A stretch of DNA of 64,000 nucleotides from positions 1,600,001 through 1,664,000 of the forward strand of contig OZ244717.1 of the NCBI GenBank assembly GCA_965218975.1. Reading direction: 5' to 3'. The translations under genes and the position numbers were made by a program. How positions within the stretch are numbered: the first letter of the stretch is position 1; each line of letters starts with the position of its first letter. Of the stretch, positions 31,321 to 40,364 are shown one piece after another. Below the pieces are notes generated by a model. That model had not been told where the DNA came from and ran no database searches. It worked only from the letters and a program-made list of their open reading frames with translations. The DNA comes from Candidatus Oxydemutatoraceae bacterium. Lineage in GTDB: Bacteria > Pseudomonadota > Gammaproteobacteria > Poriferisulfidales > Oxydemutatoraceae.

Positions 31321-32586
31321 TGTACGTGTCCAGATACATACTGGATTCTTGAATGTCAATAAAAAGGCGACCGACATGCAATATCAGCACATCGGCCACC
31401 GCATCAAAGGTTTCTATAAAATAGCCAATTTTACTTTAAAAATAGAGGCTCATGAACACAACGGCTCAACAGAAACACGATGCCCTGTTATTTTGGGAGG
31501 ATTGTAACCCCAAACGCATTCAAGGTCGGTCGCAGCACTTTGTACCGCTGGCGCCGGCGTTATCGCCGCACTGGCCTCAGCGCCTTACATGATCGCGGCA
31601 AAGCGCCGCGTAAGAGGCGCCAGCGGGTTGTCAGCAAAGTGCCTATCGTCCATGACGAGACTTGGTTCTGTCAATGAACGCCAGCCCCGACGTCCTTGTC
31701 GAGTCGTTCGCCGCTGAAAACCGATCGGTTTTCCGGGCGCGTCTCACCCTGCGCCAAGATTATCCGAATCTCGGCAGCAGTAAAAGCTTTGAACTGATGA
31801 AACCGTTTTGTGTTTGTTGCCGTGTTGTCAGTAAAGTGTCTGTCGTCCGTGACGAAACTTGGTTCTGCGAATGAACCCCAGCCCCGACATCCTTGTCGGG
31901 TCGTTCGCCGCTGAAAACCGATTGGTTTTCCGGGCGCGTCTCACCCTGCTCGTCCATGACGAGACTTGGTTCTGTTAATGAACCCAGCCCCGACGTCCTT
32001 GTCGGGTCGTTCGCCGCTGAAAACCGATTGGTTTTCCGGGCGCGTCTCACCCTGCTCGTCCATGACGAGACCTGGTTCTGTCAATGAGCACCAGCCCCGA
32101 CGTCCTTGTCGGGTCGTTCGCCGCTGAAAACCGATTGGTTTTCCGGGCGCGTCTCACCCTGCTCATCCATGACGAGACTTGGTTCTGTCAATGAGCGCCA
32201 GCCCCGACGTCCTTGTCGGGTCGTTTGCCGCTGAAAACCGATCGGTTTTCCAGGCGCGTCTCACCCTGCTCGTCCATGACGAGACTTGGTTCTGTTAATG
32301 AACCCAGCCCCGACGTCCTTGTCGGGTCGTTCGCCACTGAAAACCAATCGGTTTTCCGGGCGCGTCTCACCCTGCTCGTCCATGACGAGACTTGGTTCTG
32401 TCAATGAGCACCAGCCCCGACGTCCTTGTCGGGTCGTTCGCCGCTGAAAACCGATCGGTTTTCCGAGCGCGTCTCACCCTGCACCGTTCTCATGCCGGTA
32501 ACAGACAGAAAGCACCGATCCGAATGTTACTGCCGAATGCTTCCCCCGAAGCCCTTCAAAAATCCCATTTAGAGTGGCATCGTACA
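31321..32586 (+). mobile_element. non-autonomous IS481-derived element 3
   Basis: TGTACGTGTCCA..GGCATCGTACA ends; MQYQHIGHRIKGFY, AFKVGRSTLYRW and QKSHLEWHRT fragments. Confidence 0.87.
31646..32481. repeat. seven ~107-bp units (1 isolated + 6 contiguous, 31844-32481), opposite orientation to arrays 1 and 2
   Basis: Units end ..GTCTCACCCTG at 31751, 31948, 32054, 32161, 32268, 32374 and 32481. Confidence 0.95.
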
Positions 32587-32591
32587 AATCA

Positions 32592-32620
32592 TTGACCGTT
32601 CACAATCGTATCGTTAGAAT
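32592..32620 (+). promoter_or_regulatory. sigma70 promoter of tRNA-Asn
   Basis: TTGACC-N17-TAGAAT. Confidence 0.7.
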
Positions 32621-32632
32621 GCAATACCCTAT

Positions 32633-32708
32633 TCCCCGGTAGCTCAGTCGGTAGAGCGGGTGACTGTTAATCACTAGGTCGGCGGTTCGAGCCCGTCCCG
32701 GGGAGCCA
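32633..32708 (+). tRNA. tRNA-Asn(GTT)
   Basis: TCCCCGGTAGCTCAGTCGGTAGAGC..CTGTTAA..GGTTCGAGCCC..CCGGGGAGCCA, 76 nt. Confidence 0.96.
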
Positions 32709-32959
32709 GATTTAAAATTGGGAGAGGTCAGTCTCTTTGTCGTCTGCAATTCTCGGGAAACGTCAACAATAGCAAGCTGTTGCTTATCAGTAAATTCTTG
32801 CAATCCCATCTCTTACGCGCCAAACGGCAAATCTTGCTTGTTGCTCTTGTCCATTGATTTTTTAATGTGAGGAAAATAAAAAGGGAATCTGCAAACGAAT
32901 TTTTCTTGAAAAAGTAACGACCGAATATTTTGCTCTTTACTTAATCTTTACTTAATAAA

Positions 32960-33952
32960 TTAATAAACCCACACAATCTGCTTGAGGAGTTGATGTGCGG
33001 CAGCATACGGCAGAGTTCTACCATAGGAACGGGCTGGATGTACGGTGATTAGGGTCTCTGTGCCTCTATCGAGCAGATGTAATTGCATGAATTCCGCATC
33101 AGTATCTTCAAACTGAGCAATGCTATCGGTAGCATAGCGCACCATGTAAATGCCGCGGCTACGGTCGCTATCATAAACGTCTACTTCGGAACGCTCCAGT
33201 GCAACGCCGAGCTTGCGCCATACATCGCTATACGTGCTGCCAATAGTTAACACCGGCACTCCTTCCATATCAATAATCTCCAAAGGATGGGTGAGGTCTT
33301 CCAATTCGATCGCTGAGCCAGGCTCTGCTGTTGTTTGCAACTGAGCAAAGTAATCACGCAAGTCATACAACACATCCAACTCAGTTTCGATATCCGAAAA
33401 GCTCAATTGCCACTCTCCGTCACGGTATTGATTCCTACGATTCACGATATAAATATTTGTCAGTGCGTTCGCATCACGCTCAAGGCGTATACGAAACTTA
33501 TCCCGAATCTGCACACCATCCAACCGCTTGACAACACGCTCCAACCAATCTGTCTCCATCACTCCCGCCGCAGGATTCTGGCCGATAATTCTAAATCCGT
33601 ACCCTTCAAAGAAAGTGCGCACATATTCCCACACATCTGCCGGGCTTAAACCAATCAGCAGCCAAGCAGTATCACCCTCGCGAAATAATCGCATATCCAA
33701 TCGTTCAGGCAAGACGAAACTCGTCATCACTGCCGAACGCATGCTCATCTTAGAACCGGGAATAATATAGTCATCTTTCACTTTCGGAGTAACCAAACCG
33801 GGAGGAACCTCCAACTCCTCTCCTTCATCACCTTCACCTAAAATCGGCAATTCGAATTCTTCCAAAAAAGAATCACTGGTGGTTGTACAAGCAACCATTA
33901 GATATATTGCCATAACTGCAATTAAACATAACCGCCCAAACTTAATCATCAC
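32960..33952 (-). CDS. bamC: outer membrane assembly lipoprotein BamC
   Basis: Lipobox MVAC, LEVPPGL, GVMETDW, DRSRGIY; directly downstream of dapA. Confidence 0.85.
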   Translation of the reverse strand: MMIKFGRLCLIAVMAIYLMVACTTTSDSFLEEFELPILGEGDEGEELEVPPGLVTPKVKDDYIIPGSKMSMRSAVMTSFVLPERLDMRLFREGDTAWLLIGLSPADVWEYVRTFFEGYGFRIIGQNPAAGVMETDWLERVVKRLDGVQIRDKFRIRLERDANALTNIYIVNRRNQYRDGEWQLSFSDIETELDVLYDLRDYFAQLQTTAEPGSAIELEDLTHPLEIIDMEGVPVLTIGSTYSDVWRKLGVALERSEVDVYDSDRSRGIYMVRYATDSIAQFEDTDAEFMQLHLLDRGTETLITVHPARSYGRTLPYAAAHQLLKQIVWVY

Positions 33953-34826
33953 AAATTACTCCGGCTTGTTTCATGGCTTGAGCGACTTTAGCATGATGGG
34001 AGTCGGACAGCGCTACCAGTGGCAAGCGCAAACCCGGAGGAATCTTACCCATTTGATATAGCGCCCATTTCACCGGAATGGGGTTGGACTCAATAAACAA
34101 CATTTCATGCAAACCGCACAGCTCTTTATCAATCCGCATCGTAGCAATGCGATCGCCCGCCAGCGCCGCAACCGTCATTTCATGCATCTTCTTCGGCGTA
34201 ATATTGCCGGTTACCGATATTACGCCCCTTCCGCCTCGCAAAATCATTTCTGCCGCGGCGGTATCCTCACCGCTGACCACAGCAAAGTCATCACCGCAAC
34301 GGCGCATAATCTCAAGACTACGTTGCAACGACCCGGTAGCTTCTTTTACGCCGATAATTTCCGGAATAACGCTTAATCGTTCAATTGTCTCCGGCAACAT
34401 ATCGCACGCAGTACGCCCCGGCACATTATATAAAATCTGTGGAATGGAAACTGCCTCGGCAATAGTTTTGTAGTGTTGGTACAAGCCTTCTTGCGGTGGC
34501 TTATTATAGTAAGGCGTGACTAATAAGCATGCGTCAGCACCTGCCTTAGCGGCATCACGCGTTAATTCTAATGCTTCCTGTGTTGAGTTAGCTCCCGTTC
34601 CGGCAATAACCGGAACGCGCCTCTTCACTTGTTTGACTACGAAACGCACCACATCGCAGTGCTCTTGAAAAGTCAACGTCGCCGACTCACCAGTTGTCCC
34701 GGCGGGTACAATCGCGTCACTACCCTCTTGAATATGAAACTCAATCAAGTCGGCGAACGTGTCGTAAGCAATTGAACCATCAATTTGCATCGGAGTCACA
34801 ATCGCAACCATACTGCCTTGAAACAT
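33942..34826 (-). CDS. dapA: 4-hydroxy-tetrahydrodipicolinate synthase
   Basis: GTTGES, TPYYNKP, LYNVPGRT, GVKEATG. Confidence 0.97.
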   Translation of the reverse strand: MFQGSMVAIVTPMQIDGSIAYDTFADLIEFHIQEGSDAIVPAGTTGESATLTFQEHCDVVRFVVKQVKRRVPVIAGTGANSTQEALELTRDAAKAGADACLLVTPYYNKPPQEGLYQHYKTIAEAVSIPQILYNVPGRTACDMLPETIERLSVIPEIIGVKEATGSLQRSLEIMRRCGDDFAVVSGEDTAAAEMILRGGRGVISVTGNITPKKMHEMTVAALAGDRIATMRIDKELCGLHEMLFIESNPIPVKWALYQMGKIPPGLRLPLVALSDSHHAKVAQAMKQAGVICDD

Positions 34827-34986
34827 TATTTCCCCTGTCGTGATAAATTCCTTAGACTAAAATAACTTGTCATACAGTTTTACACACTCGTTGACACACT
34901 AGGTTTTTGCGGTCGACAGAAACTGAATTTACGTTTCAGGGTCTAGCGCATATTGTAAGGTCTATCGGTCAGATACCACAAGTCTT

Positions 34987-35327
34987 TGTACGTGTCCAAT
35001 ACATACTGGATTCTTGGATCTCAATAAAAAGGTGACCGATATGCAATATCAGCACATCGGCCACCGCATCAAAGGTTTCTATAGAGTCCCTTTCAATTTC
35101 AAAAATGGAGGCGTATGAGCACAACAGTTCAGCAAAAATATGATTCGCTAGTATTTTGGGAGGGGTATAATTCCCGAAAGAATTCGGATGAATTCAACGA
35201 GCGTTTACGGTCATATTCGGGGTGGTACAATATGCGCCGACCGCATGCCGGTTTAGATCAACAGCCGCCATTCCGAATGTTGATCCCAAACAACCCAAAA
35301 AGATCCGGAATGTATTGGACACGCACA
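34987..35327 (+). mobile_element. 341-bp IS481-derived miniature element with matching terminal inverted repeats
   Basis: TGTACGTGTCCAATACAT / ATGTATTGGACACGCACA; keeps only the transposase start (MQYQHIGHRIKGFY) and end (WYNMRRPHAGL..MYWTRT). Confidence 0.88.
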
Positions 35328-35398
35328 AACATTGTCATTTTCCCCCATTCTCTGTTAAAATATCAGCTAAAGTTTGGCTTTTATCAAAGGTGATTAAT

Positions 35399-36055
35399 AT
35401 GCAACAACGAACTTCAATAATTTCACAACCCATTCTGGCGACCAACAAGCTTATTCGCAATACTTATATGCTTTTGACGCTAACTTTGCTCACCAGCGCT
35501 ATTGCCGCAGGTGTCGCGATGATAAATCGAGTTGGTTTTGTCAATCCTATTTTGATGCTAGTTATTTTCATCGGGATGCCGTTTGTCATCCACCGCATTC
35601 GTAACAGCGCGTGGGCACTGCCGGTCACATTTTTATTCACTGCATTTATGGGCTATGTCCTTGGCCCCATCTTGAGCGCTTATCTCGGCTTGCCCAACGG
35701 GCCTCAAATTGTGATGGGTGCGTTCTCAACGACAGCAGCAATGTTCCTCGGATTGTCCGGTTACGCTTTAGTGACACGCCACAACTTTAGTTTCATGCGT
35801 GGATTTTTGATGGTTGGGCTAGTGGTAACGCTTGGCGCAATCATCGTTAATTTATTTATGCAACTTCCCGCACTTTCACTCACTATTTCCACAATTGCCG
35901 TAATACTGATGAGCGGGATGATTCTGTATGACACCAGTCGCATGGTGCATGGCGGTGAAAATAATTATATCATGATGACGGTTTCTCTCTACGCCAATAT
36001 TTACGTATTGTTCGTGCATCTGCTAAACCTGTTTTCTCTTACTAGCAGCGATTAA
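35399..36055 (+). CDS. yccA: Bax inhibitor-1/YccA-family membrane protein
   Basis: NKLIRNTYMLL, MILYDTSRM..GGENNYI; start placed at MQQRTS. Confidence 0.9.
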   Translation: MQQRTSIISQPILATNKLIRNTYMLLTLTLLTSAIAAGVAMINRVGFVNPILMLVIFIGMPFVIHRIRNSAWALPVTFLFTAFMGYVLGPILSAYLGLPNGPQIVMGAFSTTAAMFLGLSGYALVTRHNFSFMRGFLMVGLVVTLGAIIVNLFMQLPALSLTISTIAVILMSGMILYDTSRMVHGGENNYIMMTVSLYANIYVLFVHLLNLFSLTSSD

Positions 36056-36282
36056 TTGCTGACGTTGAATTATTAGTTGTATCGGAACCCGCCGGTTGCG
36101 CTTTGCCATTGAGTTAATGACACCGAATCGTTCATGCGGGTTCCTTTGATGCCGTCCTTGATTATAAGTACGCTATTATTTAGCAACGGTCTTAGCTTAT
36201 CCTCTACCTCTCCTAAAGTATTCTTTTCGTACCTCGGCCGGGCTACATTTGCCGTTGCCACGATTATCGATAGCCGGAATTC

Positions 36283-36618
36283 ATGACAAAAACTTCATTC
36301 TTATTACGAGCGTCGCAAGTAATCGAGTCGGTCTTTGATCAAATCAGCGAACAAGAATCCTTGGAAGACTTTGACGTTGACCGAGTTGGTGACGTGCTCA
36401 CGATGGATTTCGGCGATGGAAAAAAAATGATCTTAAACATTCAGGCTGCCGCCAACCAATTGTGGCTGGCATCACCCGAAGGCCCCGCTCATTTTAATTA
36501 CGATGAAACAGACGGACAATGGTGCAACGATAGAACCGGTGAGACGCTTGATGATGTAATCAGTCGTGTGCTCAGCGCCGAATCCGGTAAGAATATTATC
36601 ATTACTCCGGATGAATAA
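36283..36618 (+). CDS. cyaY: iron donor CyaY (frataxin family)
   Basis: DVLTMDF..ILNIQ..QLWLASPEGPAHF. Confidence 0.9.
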   Translation: MTKTSFLLRASQVIESVFDQISEQESLEDFDVDRVGDVLTMDFGDGKKMILNIQAAANQLWLASPEGPAHFNYDETDGQWCNDRTGETLDDVISRVLSAESGKNIIITPDE

Positions 36619-37102
36619 CCGCACCGGTAGTCACAGCAGAACCGATAGTAACTTCACCACCCTCACATACAATTGCATTAATCCCTCCGTAACCGCGCAT
36701 TGCGTTATACCAACCCTCGCCTAGCGCTTCCGCCATACGCGCACAAGGATGACAATCTCCGCTACCTTGCAGAACCACGTTGTCGATTTGAAAATATCTG
36801 CCGATTAGCGCGCATAAGTTGATGCCGCTGACTACAAAGTTACGTCTTAAAGCGTCGGGAACAACTTGATCAATGCCTGCAAGTTTTGCGATCGTCGGTA
36901 AATTTTCCTGCTGTATCAGCGTCACCTGACGTTTCCCACCGCCTTTAACTGCCCGGTGGTCACCTTCAATACCGCGGCCCGCGATTAAACGCGCCGATTG
37001 CACAATAGTCATAGGCGCACGGTGTGCGGAACGAAAACCGATCCACTCAACTTTACCCGAAGCAGCAAAGCAATCTTTAATGTTACGAATCAATACATTC
37101 AT
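36602..37102 (-). CDS. MOSC domain protein
   Basis: GIEGD, RQVTLI, LRRNFVVSG, CHPCARM. Confidence 0.9.
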   Translation of the reverse strand: MNVLIRNIKDCFAASGKVEWIGFRSAHRAPMTIVQSARLIAGRGIEGDHRAVKGGGKRQVTLIQQENLPTIAKLAGIDQVVPDALRRNFVVSGINLCALIGRYFQIDNVVLQGSGDCHPCARMAEALGEGWYNAMRGYGGINAIVCEGGEVTIGSAVTTGAVIHPE

Positions 37103-38391
37103 TAAAAGCCTATTTTGTCAGCTTTAATCAAAGCCTTCCCTTCCATGTAAAGAAGCAACGCTTCCGGAATACGAATAGAACCGTCTTCGGTTTGATAATT
37201 TTCAAGCAATGCGGCCAACGTGCGTCCCGCCGCCAAACCCGACCCATTCAAAGTATGCACAAGCTTTGGCTTGGAAACGGAAGGATAACGCACGCGCGCC
37301 TGCATTCGGCGTGCTTGGAAATCTGTCATATTACTGCATGATGATACCTCAAAATATCTCTTCTGACCCGGCAACCATACTTCAATGTCGTATGTTTTTG
37401 CGGAGGAAAATCCTAAATCACGACTGCATAACTCAACGACCCGGTACGGCAATTCCAGTAGTTGTAAAATCTTTTCGGCGTGTCCGGTTAGCTCTTCTAG
37501 TGCCGCCGGTGAATCTTTTGCTTCGACAATTTGCACTAATTCAACTTTTTCAAACTGATGTTGCCGCAAGATTCCGCGAGTATCTTTACCGTAGCTCCCC
37601 GCCTCGGAGCGAAAACATGGCGTATGCGCGGCGAATTTTAGCGGTAAGTCATTGGCATCGATAATCTTATCTCGGCATATATTAGTCAACGGTACTTCTG
37701 CCGTCGGAATTAAATAGAAATCGCTGTTGCTAATTTCAAACAAATCTTTGCTAAATTTCGGTAATTGCCCGGTACCCCGCAAACTAACGTGATTGGCAAG
37801 ATAAGGCACATACACTTCGCGGTAGCCATGTTGCCGAACATGTGTATCAAGCATTAAACGGATTAACGCTCGATGCAACAAAGCCAAATCGTCAAAAAAA
37901 ACCGCGAATCTTGTACCGGCAAGTTTCGCCGCGATTGACGTACTCATCATCGCTAAACCTTCAGCCAAATCAACATGATCCTTTGCAATAAATTGAAAGT
38001 TAGGCGCTAAACTCCAACGACGAATTTCAATATTATCACTCTCATCTTTGCCGTCGGGTACGGAATCATCAGGAATGTTCGGCAATTCTAAAAGAATCGC
38101 TTCCAATTTTTCCCGCACCTCATGCAGTTTCTTCTCACATCCTTCAATTTGCTGCTTTATACCTGCCGCACGTTCTAATAAAACGCTGGCGCCATCCGCT
38201 TCGCGTTTGGCAGTCGCAATTTCTTTCGCCAATTTCTTGCTACTTGATTGCAATGTTTCAACTTCAATTTGCAAAGACTTGCGCTTGGTTTCCAATGTTT
38301 GATACTTTGCTTGATCAAACATGCTGCCGCGCCTATGTAATGCGGCAGCAATTGTTTCCGTTTCGTTGCGTAGTCGCTTAGGGTCAAGCAT
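37102..38391 (-). CDS. serS: serine--tRNA ligase
   Basis: LIPTAEVP, CFRSEAGSYGKDTRG..RQHQF, HTLNGSGLA. Confidence 0.98.
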   Translation of the reverse strand: MLDPKRLRNETETIAAALHRRGSMFDQAKYQTLETKRKSLQIEVETLQSSSKKLAKEIATAKREADGASVLLERAAGIKQQIEGCEKKLHEVREKLEAILLELPNIPDDSVPDGKDESDNIEIRRWSLAPNFQFIAKDHVDLAEGLAMMSTSIAAKLAGTRFAVFFDDLALLHRALIRLMLDTHVRQHGYREVYVPYLANHVSLRGTGQLPKFSKDLFEISNSDFYLIPTAEVPLTNICRDKIIDANDLPLKFAAHTPCFRSEAGSYGKDTRGILRQHQFEKVELVQIVEAKDSPAALEELTGHAEKILQLLELPYRVVELCSRDLGFSSAKTYDIEVWLPGQKRYFEVSSCSNMTDFQARRMQARVRYPSVSKPKLVHTLNGSGLAAGRTLAALLENYQTEDGSIRIPEALLLYMEGKALIKADKIGF

Positions 38392-38697
38392 TAAGTTGCC
38401 GACCCGCTGAAATTAAACCCGATGCAACTGAAAATGCACACAACGCTAAGTAGAATATTAGTAAGTACGCCGAAAGCGATGAACTACCGATAATGGGAAT
38501 TAATGCCACATAAGGAGACTTGATCAGGAACAAAACACGAACACGCATGACGCTACAATGAAGCATAGCGCCGACACTGCTTCCCATCACGGCTGACAAT
38601 AATTTCATAATCTATAAACAAAGCGGCTATTCTAGCAAATATTAGGCATACAAGCAGACAACGCTTCAGATGCTTTGGTTATAAGTTGGCGGACCTA

Positions 38698-38810
38698 ATT
38701 AAATGAGGTGCCCCATTGAGAGGCACCAAAGATTAGTCATAAAAGACGTATCCTGCTGATAATTTTGTTGTAAAAAACGAGCAGGCTCAGTTCAGGTACA
38801 ATCTGCAGTG
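38698..38810 (-). ncRNA. predicted tracrRNA
   Basis: 36-nt anti-repeat 38767-38802 with G-U-compatible stem substitutions and an internal loop; 3' hairpin GGTGCCTC-TCAAT-GGGGCACC (38707-38727); own promoter. Confidence 0.8.
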
Positions 38811-38816
38811 CCTCTT

Positions 38817-38845
38817 AGTATAAAAGAAGCGAGCGGTTAATGCAA
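38817..38845 (-). promoter_or_regulatory. sigma70 promoter for tracrRNA
   Basis: TTGCAT-N17-TATACT on the minus strand. Confidence 0.7.
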
Positions 38846-38850
38846 ATCAA

Positions 38851-39047
38851 TGTATAGGTCTATAACATTTGGCACTCCGGGGGTGGTGAGTCAGGAGCGA
38901 TCAATGACCGGTTATGGGAGTATTTGGTGTGGTATAACCTGCATCGTCCTCATGCCGGCAAATAGACAGAAAGCACCGATTCGAATGTTACTGCCAAACA
39001 CTTCTCCTGAGGCTCGGCAAAAATTCCATTTAGGGTAGCATCGCACA
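38851..39047 (+). mobile_element. 197-bp IS481-derived miniature element
   Basis: Left end TGTATAGG..AACATTTGGCACTCC (like 21121), right end ..GGGTAGCATCGCACA; internal NDRLWEYLVWYNLHRPHAG. Confidence 0.8.
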
Positions 39048-39098
39048 GAAACTGTTTTAGTTATAGCATATAATCTGAAACAAACGTAGGAGGTAATT

Positions 39099-39390
39099 AT
39101 GAAAAAACATTATATCTGCGTAATAATTTTACTATTAGCGCCAACTATTTACGGACAATCATAACGAACAACCGTCAGTGCCGGAAAACCAATATCTGAC
39201 GTGGCCTTATGTTATTGTAGATTGCGGGCAGGTTCAGTTCAGGTACAATCAAGTTTACCAACTACACGACAAAGATCACTGGTCGCCATATGCGGCTTTA
39301 ATCGATTTGCGGTCGGAGGATGTAAATAGCCCGGCCGAATGGACTTTACAGATAATATTAGCACCTTTGCACGGACATGAAGAAGAATAA
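39099..39390 (+). pseudogene. small putatively secreted protein gene (1-nt frameshift) containing an in-frame CRISPR repeat
   Basis: AGGAGG RBS; MKKHYICVIILLLAPTIYG signal-like start; +1 frame continues DNHNEQPSVPENQYLTWPYV-[repeat]-QVYQLHDK..EEE*. Confidence 0.45.
39214..39249 (+). CRISPR. orphan perfect CRISPR repeat
   Basis: ATTGTAGATTGCGGGCAGGTTCAGTTCAGGTACAAT, identical to the array consensus, 644 bp from the array. Confidence 0.95.
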
Positions 39391-39415
39391 AATGGAACTA
39401 AGGAAGTAAAAAATT

Positions 39416-39706
39416 ATGATATCTAAAAAACTTAAACTACTGTTTGGCGTTGCAATTATCGGTGTCTCAACGATTGGTATTTGCGAGGAACCAATCATCG
39501 CAACGCAAACTAAAATCTTAGAGACATATGAAACCGGTGTAACTATCTTAGCTTACGATGGTTTATGCGAAGCTATAGGAGAATGCAAAGGTATTGAATT
39601 GGATGACGATATTATCATTCTACGTGCGGATAATTACTGTAGTCTTTTCGGCAAAATAGCTTATCTAGTGCAATCGGATTGTCTTGTGAGATACAAAGAC
39701 ATTTAG
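39416..39706 (+). CDS. small Cys-containing putative secreted protein
   Basis: 96 aa, basic + hydrophobic N-terminus, AAGGA RBS, 5 Cys. Confidence 0.6.
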   Translation: MISKKLKLLFGVAIIGVSTIGICEEPIIATQTKILETYETGVTILAYDGLCEAIGECKGIELDDDIIILRADNYCSLFGKIAYLVQSDCLVRYKDI

Positions 39707-39893
39707 GTTTGTCATAAGAAAAAACTAATTTATGTTTGTGTGTATGAATAATGTTTGAATTCCTTACGAATGACTTTTATAGAGGGATCTTATGGATATT
39801 ACTTATATTCTTTGTGTTATGGCTGTGGGTGATAGCTGTTATGAAGAATTGGGACGAATAGATACACTATGAGTATAGTTATGGTTCTAATAA

Positions 39894-40326
39894 ATTGTAG
39901 ATTGCGGGCAGGTTCAGTTCAGGTACAATTGCTGCACTAAATAGGATAATCTTCGGACTATTGTAGATTGCGGGCAGGTTCAGTTCAGGTACAATCCTGA
40001 ATATGCTATATCTGATGACTATTCCATTGTAGATTGCGGGCAGGTTCAGTTCAGGTACAATAAAAAATATCAGATAGAAACAGGACCAGGAATTGTAGAT
40101 TGCGGGCAGGTTCAGTTCAGGTACAATTCGACTTCAGGTGAAACTTTACTAACCTATATTGTAGATTGCGGGCAGGTTCAGTTCAGGTACAATTGGTGGC
40201 TAATTCGCGTTGGCTCGTCAGTGCATTGTAGATTGCGGGCAGGTTCAGTTCAGGTACAATTGTGAAATACATAGACACTTGGGTGTGTCAATTGTAGATT
40301 GCGGGCAGGCTCAGTTCAGGTACAAT
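39894..40326 (+). CRISPR. type II-C CRISPR array, 7 repeats (36 bp) and 6 spacers (30-31 bp)
   Basis: Repeats at 39894, 39960, 40026, 40092, 40158, 40225, 40291 (last has one T>C change); strand inferred from tracrRNA pairing. Confidence 0.97.
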
Positions 40327-40337
40327 CAATACTTGCC

Positions 40338-40350
40338 TAAGCAATTGATA
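40338..40350. promoter_or_regulatory. IHF-like site in the short cas2-proximal leader
   Basis: TAAGCAATTGATA matches YAANNNNTTGATW, 11 bp from the last repeat. Confidence 0.5.
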
Positions 40351-40364
40351 TAAAGCGCTTTAAT

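Noticed and set aside
12167-32481. 107-bp arrays as CRISPR arrays or integron attC arrays
   Set aside because: Units are contiguous with no unique spacers or cassettes and no adjacent cas or intI genes
38767-38802. Degenerate terminal CRISPR repeat
   Set aside because: Better explained as the tracrRNA anti-repeat: wobble-compatible changes, own promoter and 3' hairpin
39181-39193. CCGGAAAACCAAT upstream of the orphan repeat matches a variant of the 107-bp unit (self-targeting idea)
   Set aside because: Only 13 nt and PAM-distal; the seed region does not match, so chance is plausible
39930-40290. Self-targeting spacers
   Set aside because: No match noticed within the window by eye; a genome-wide search is needed
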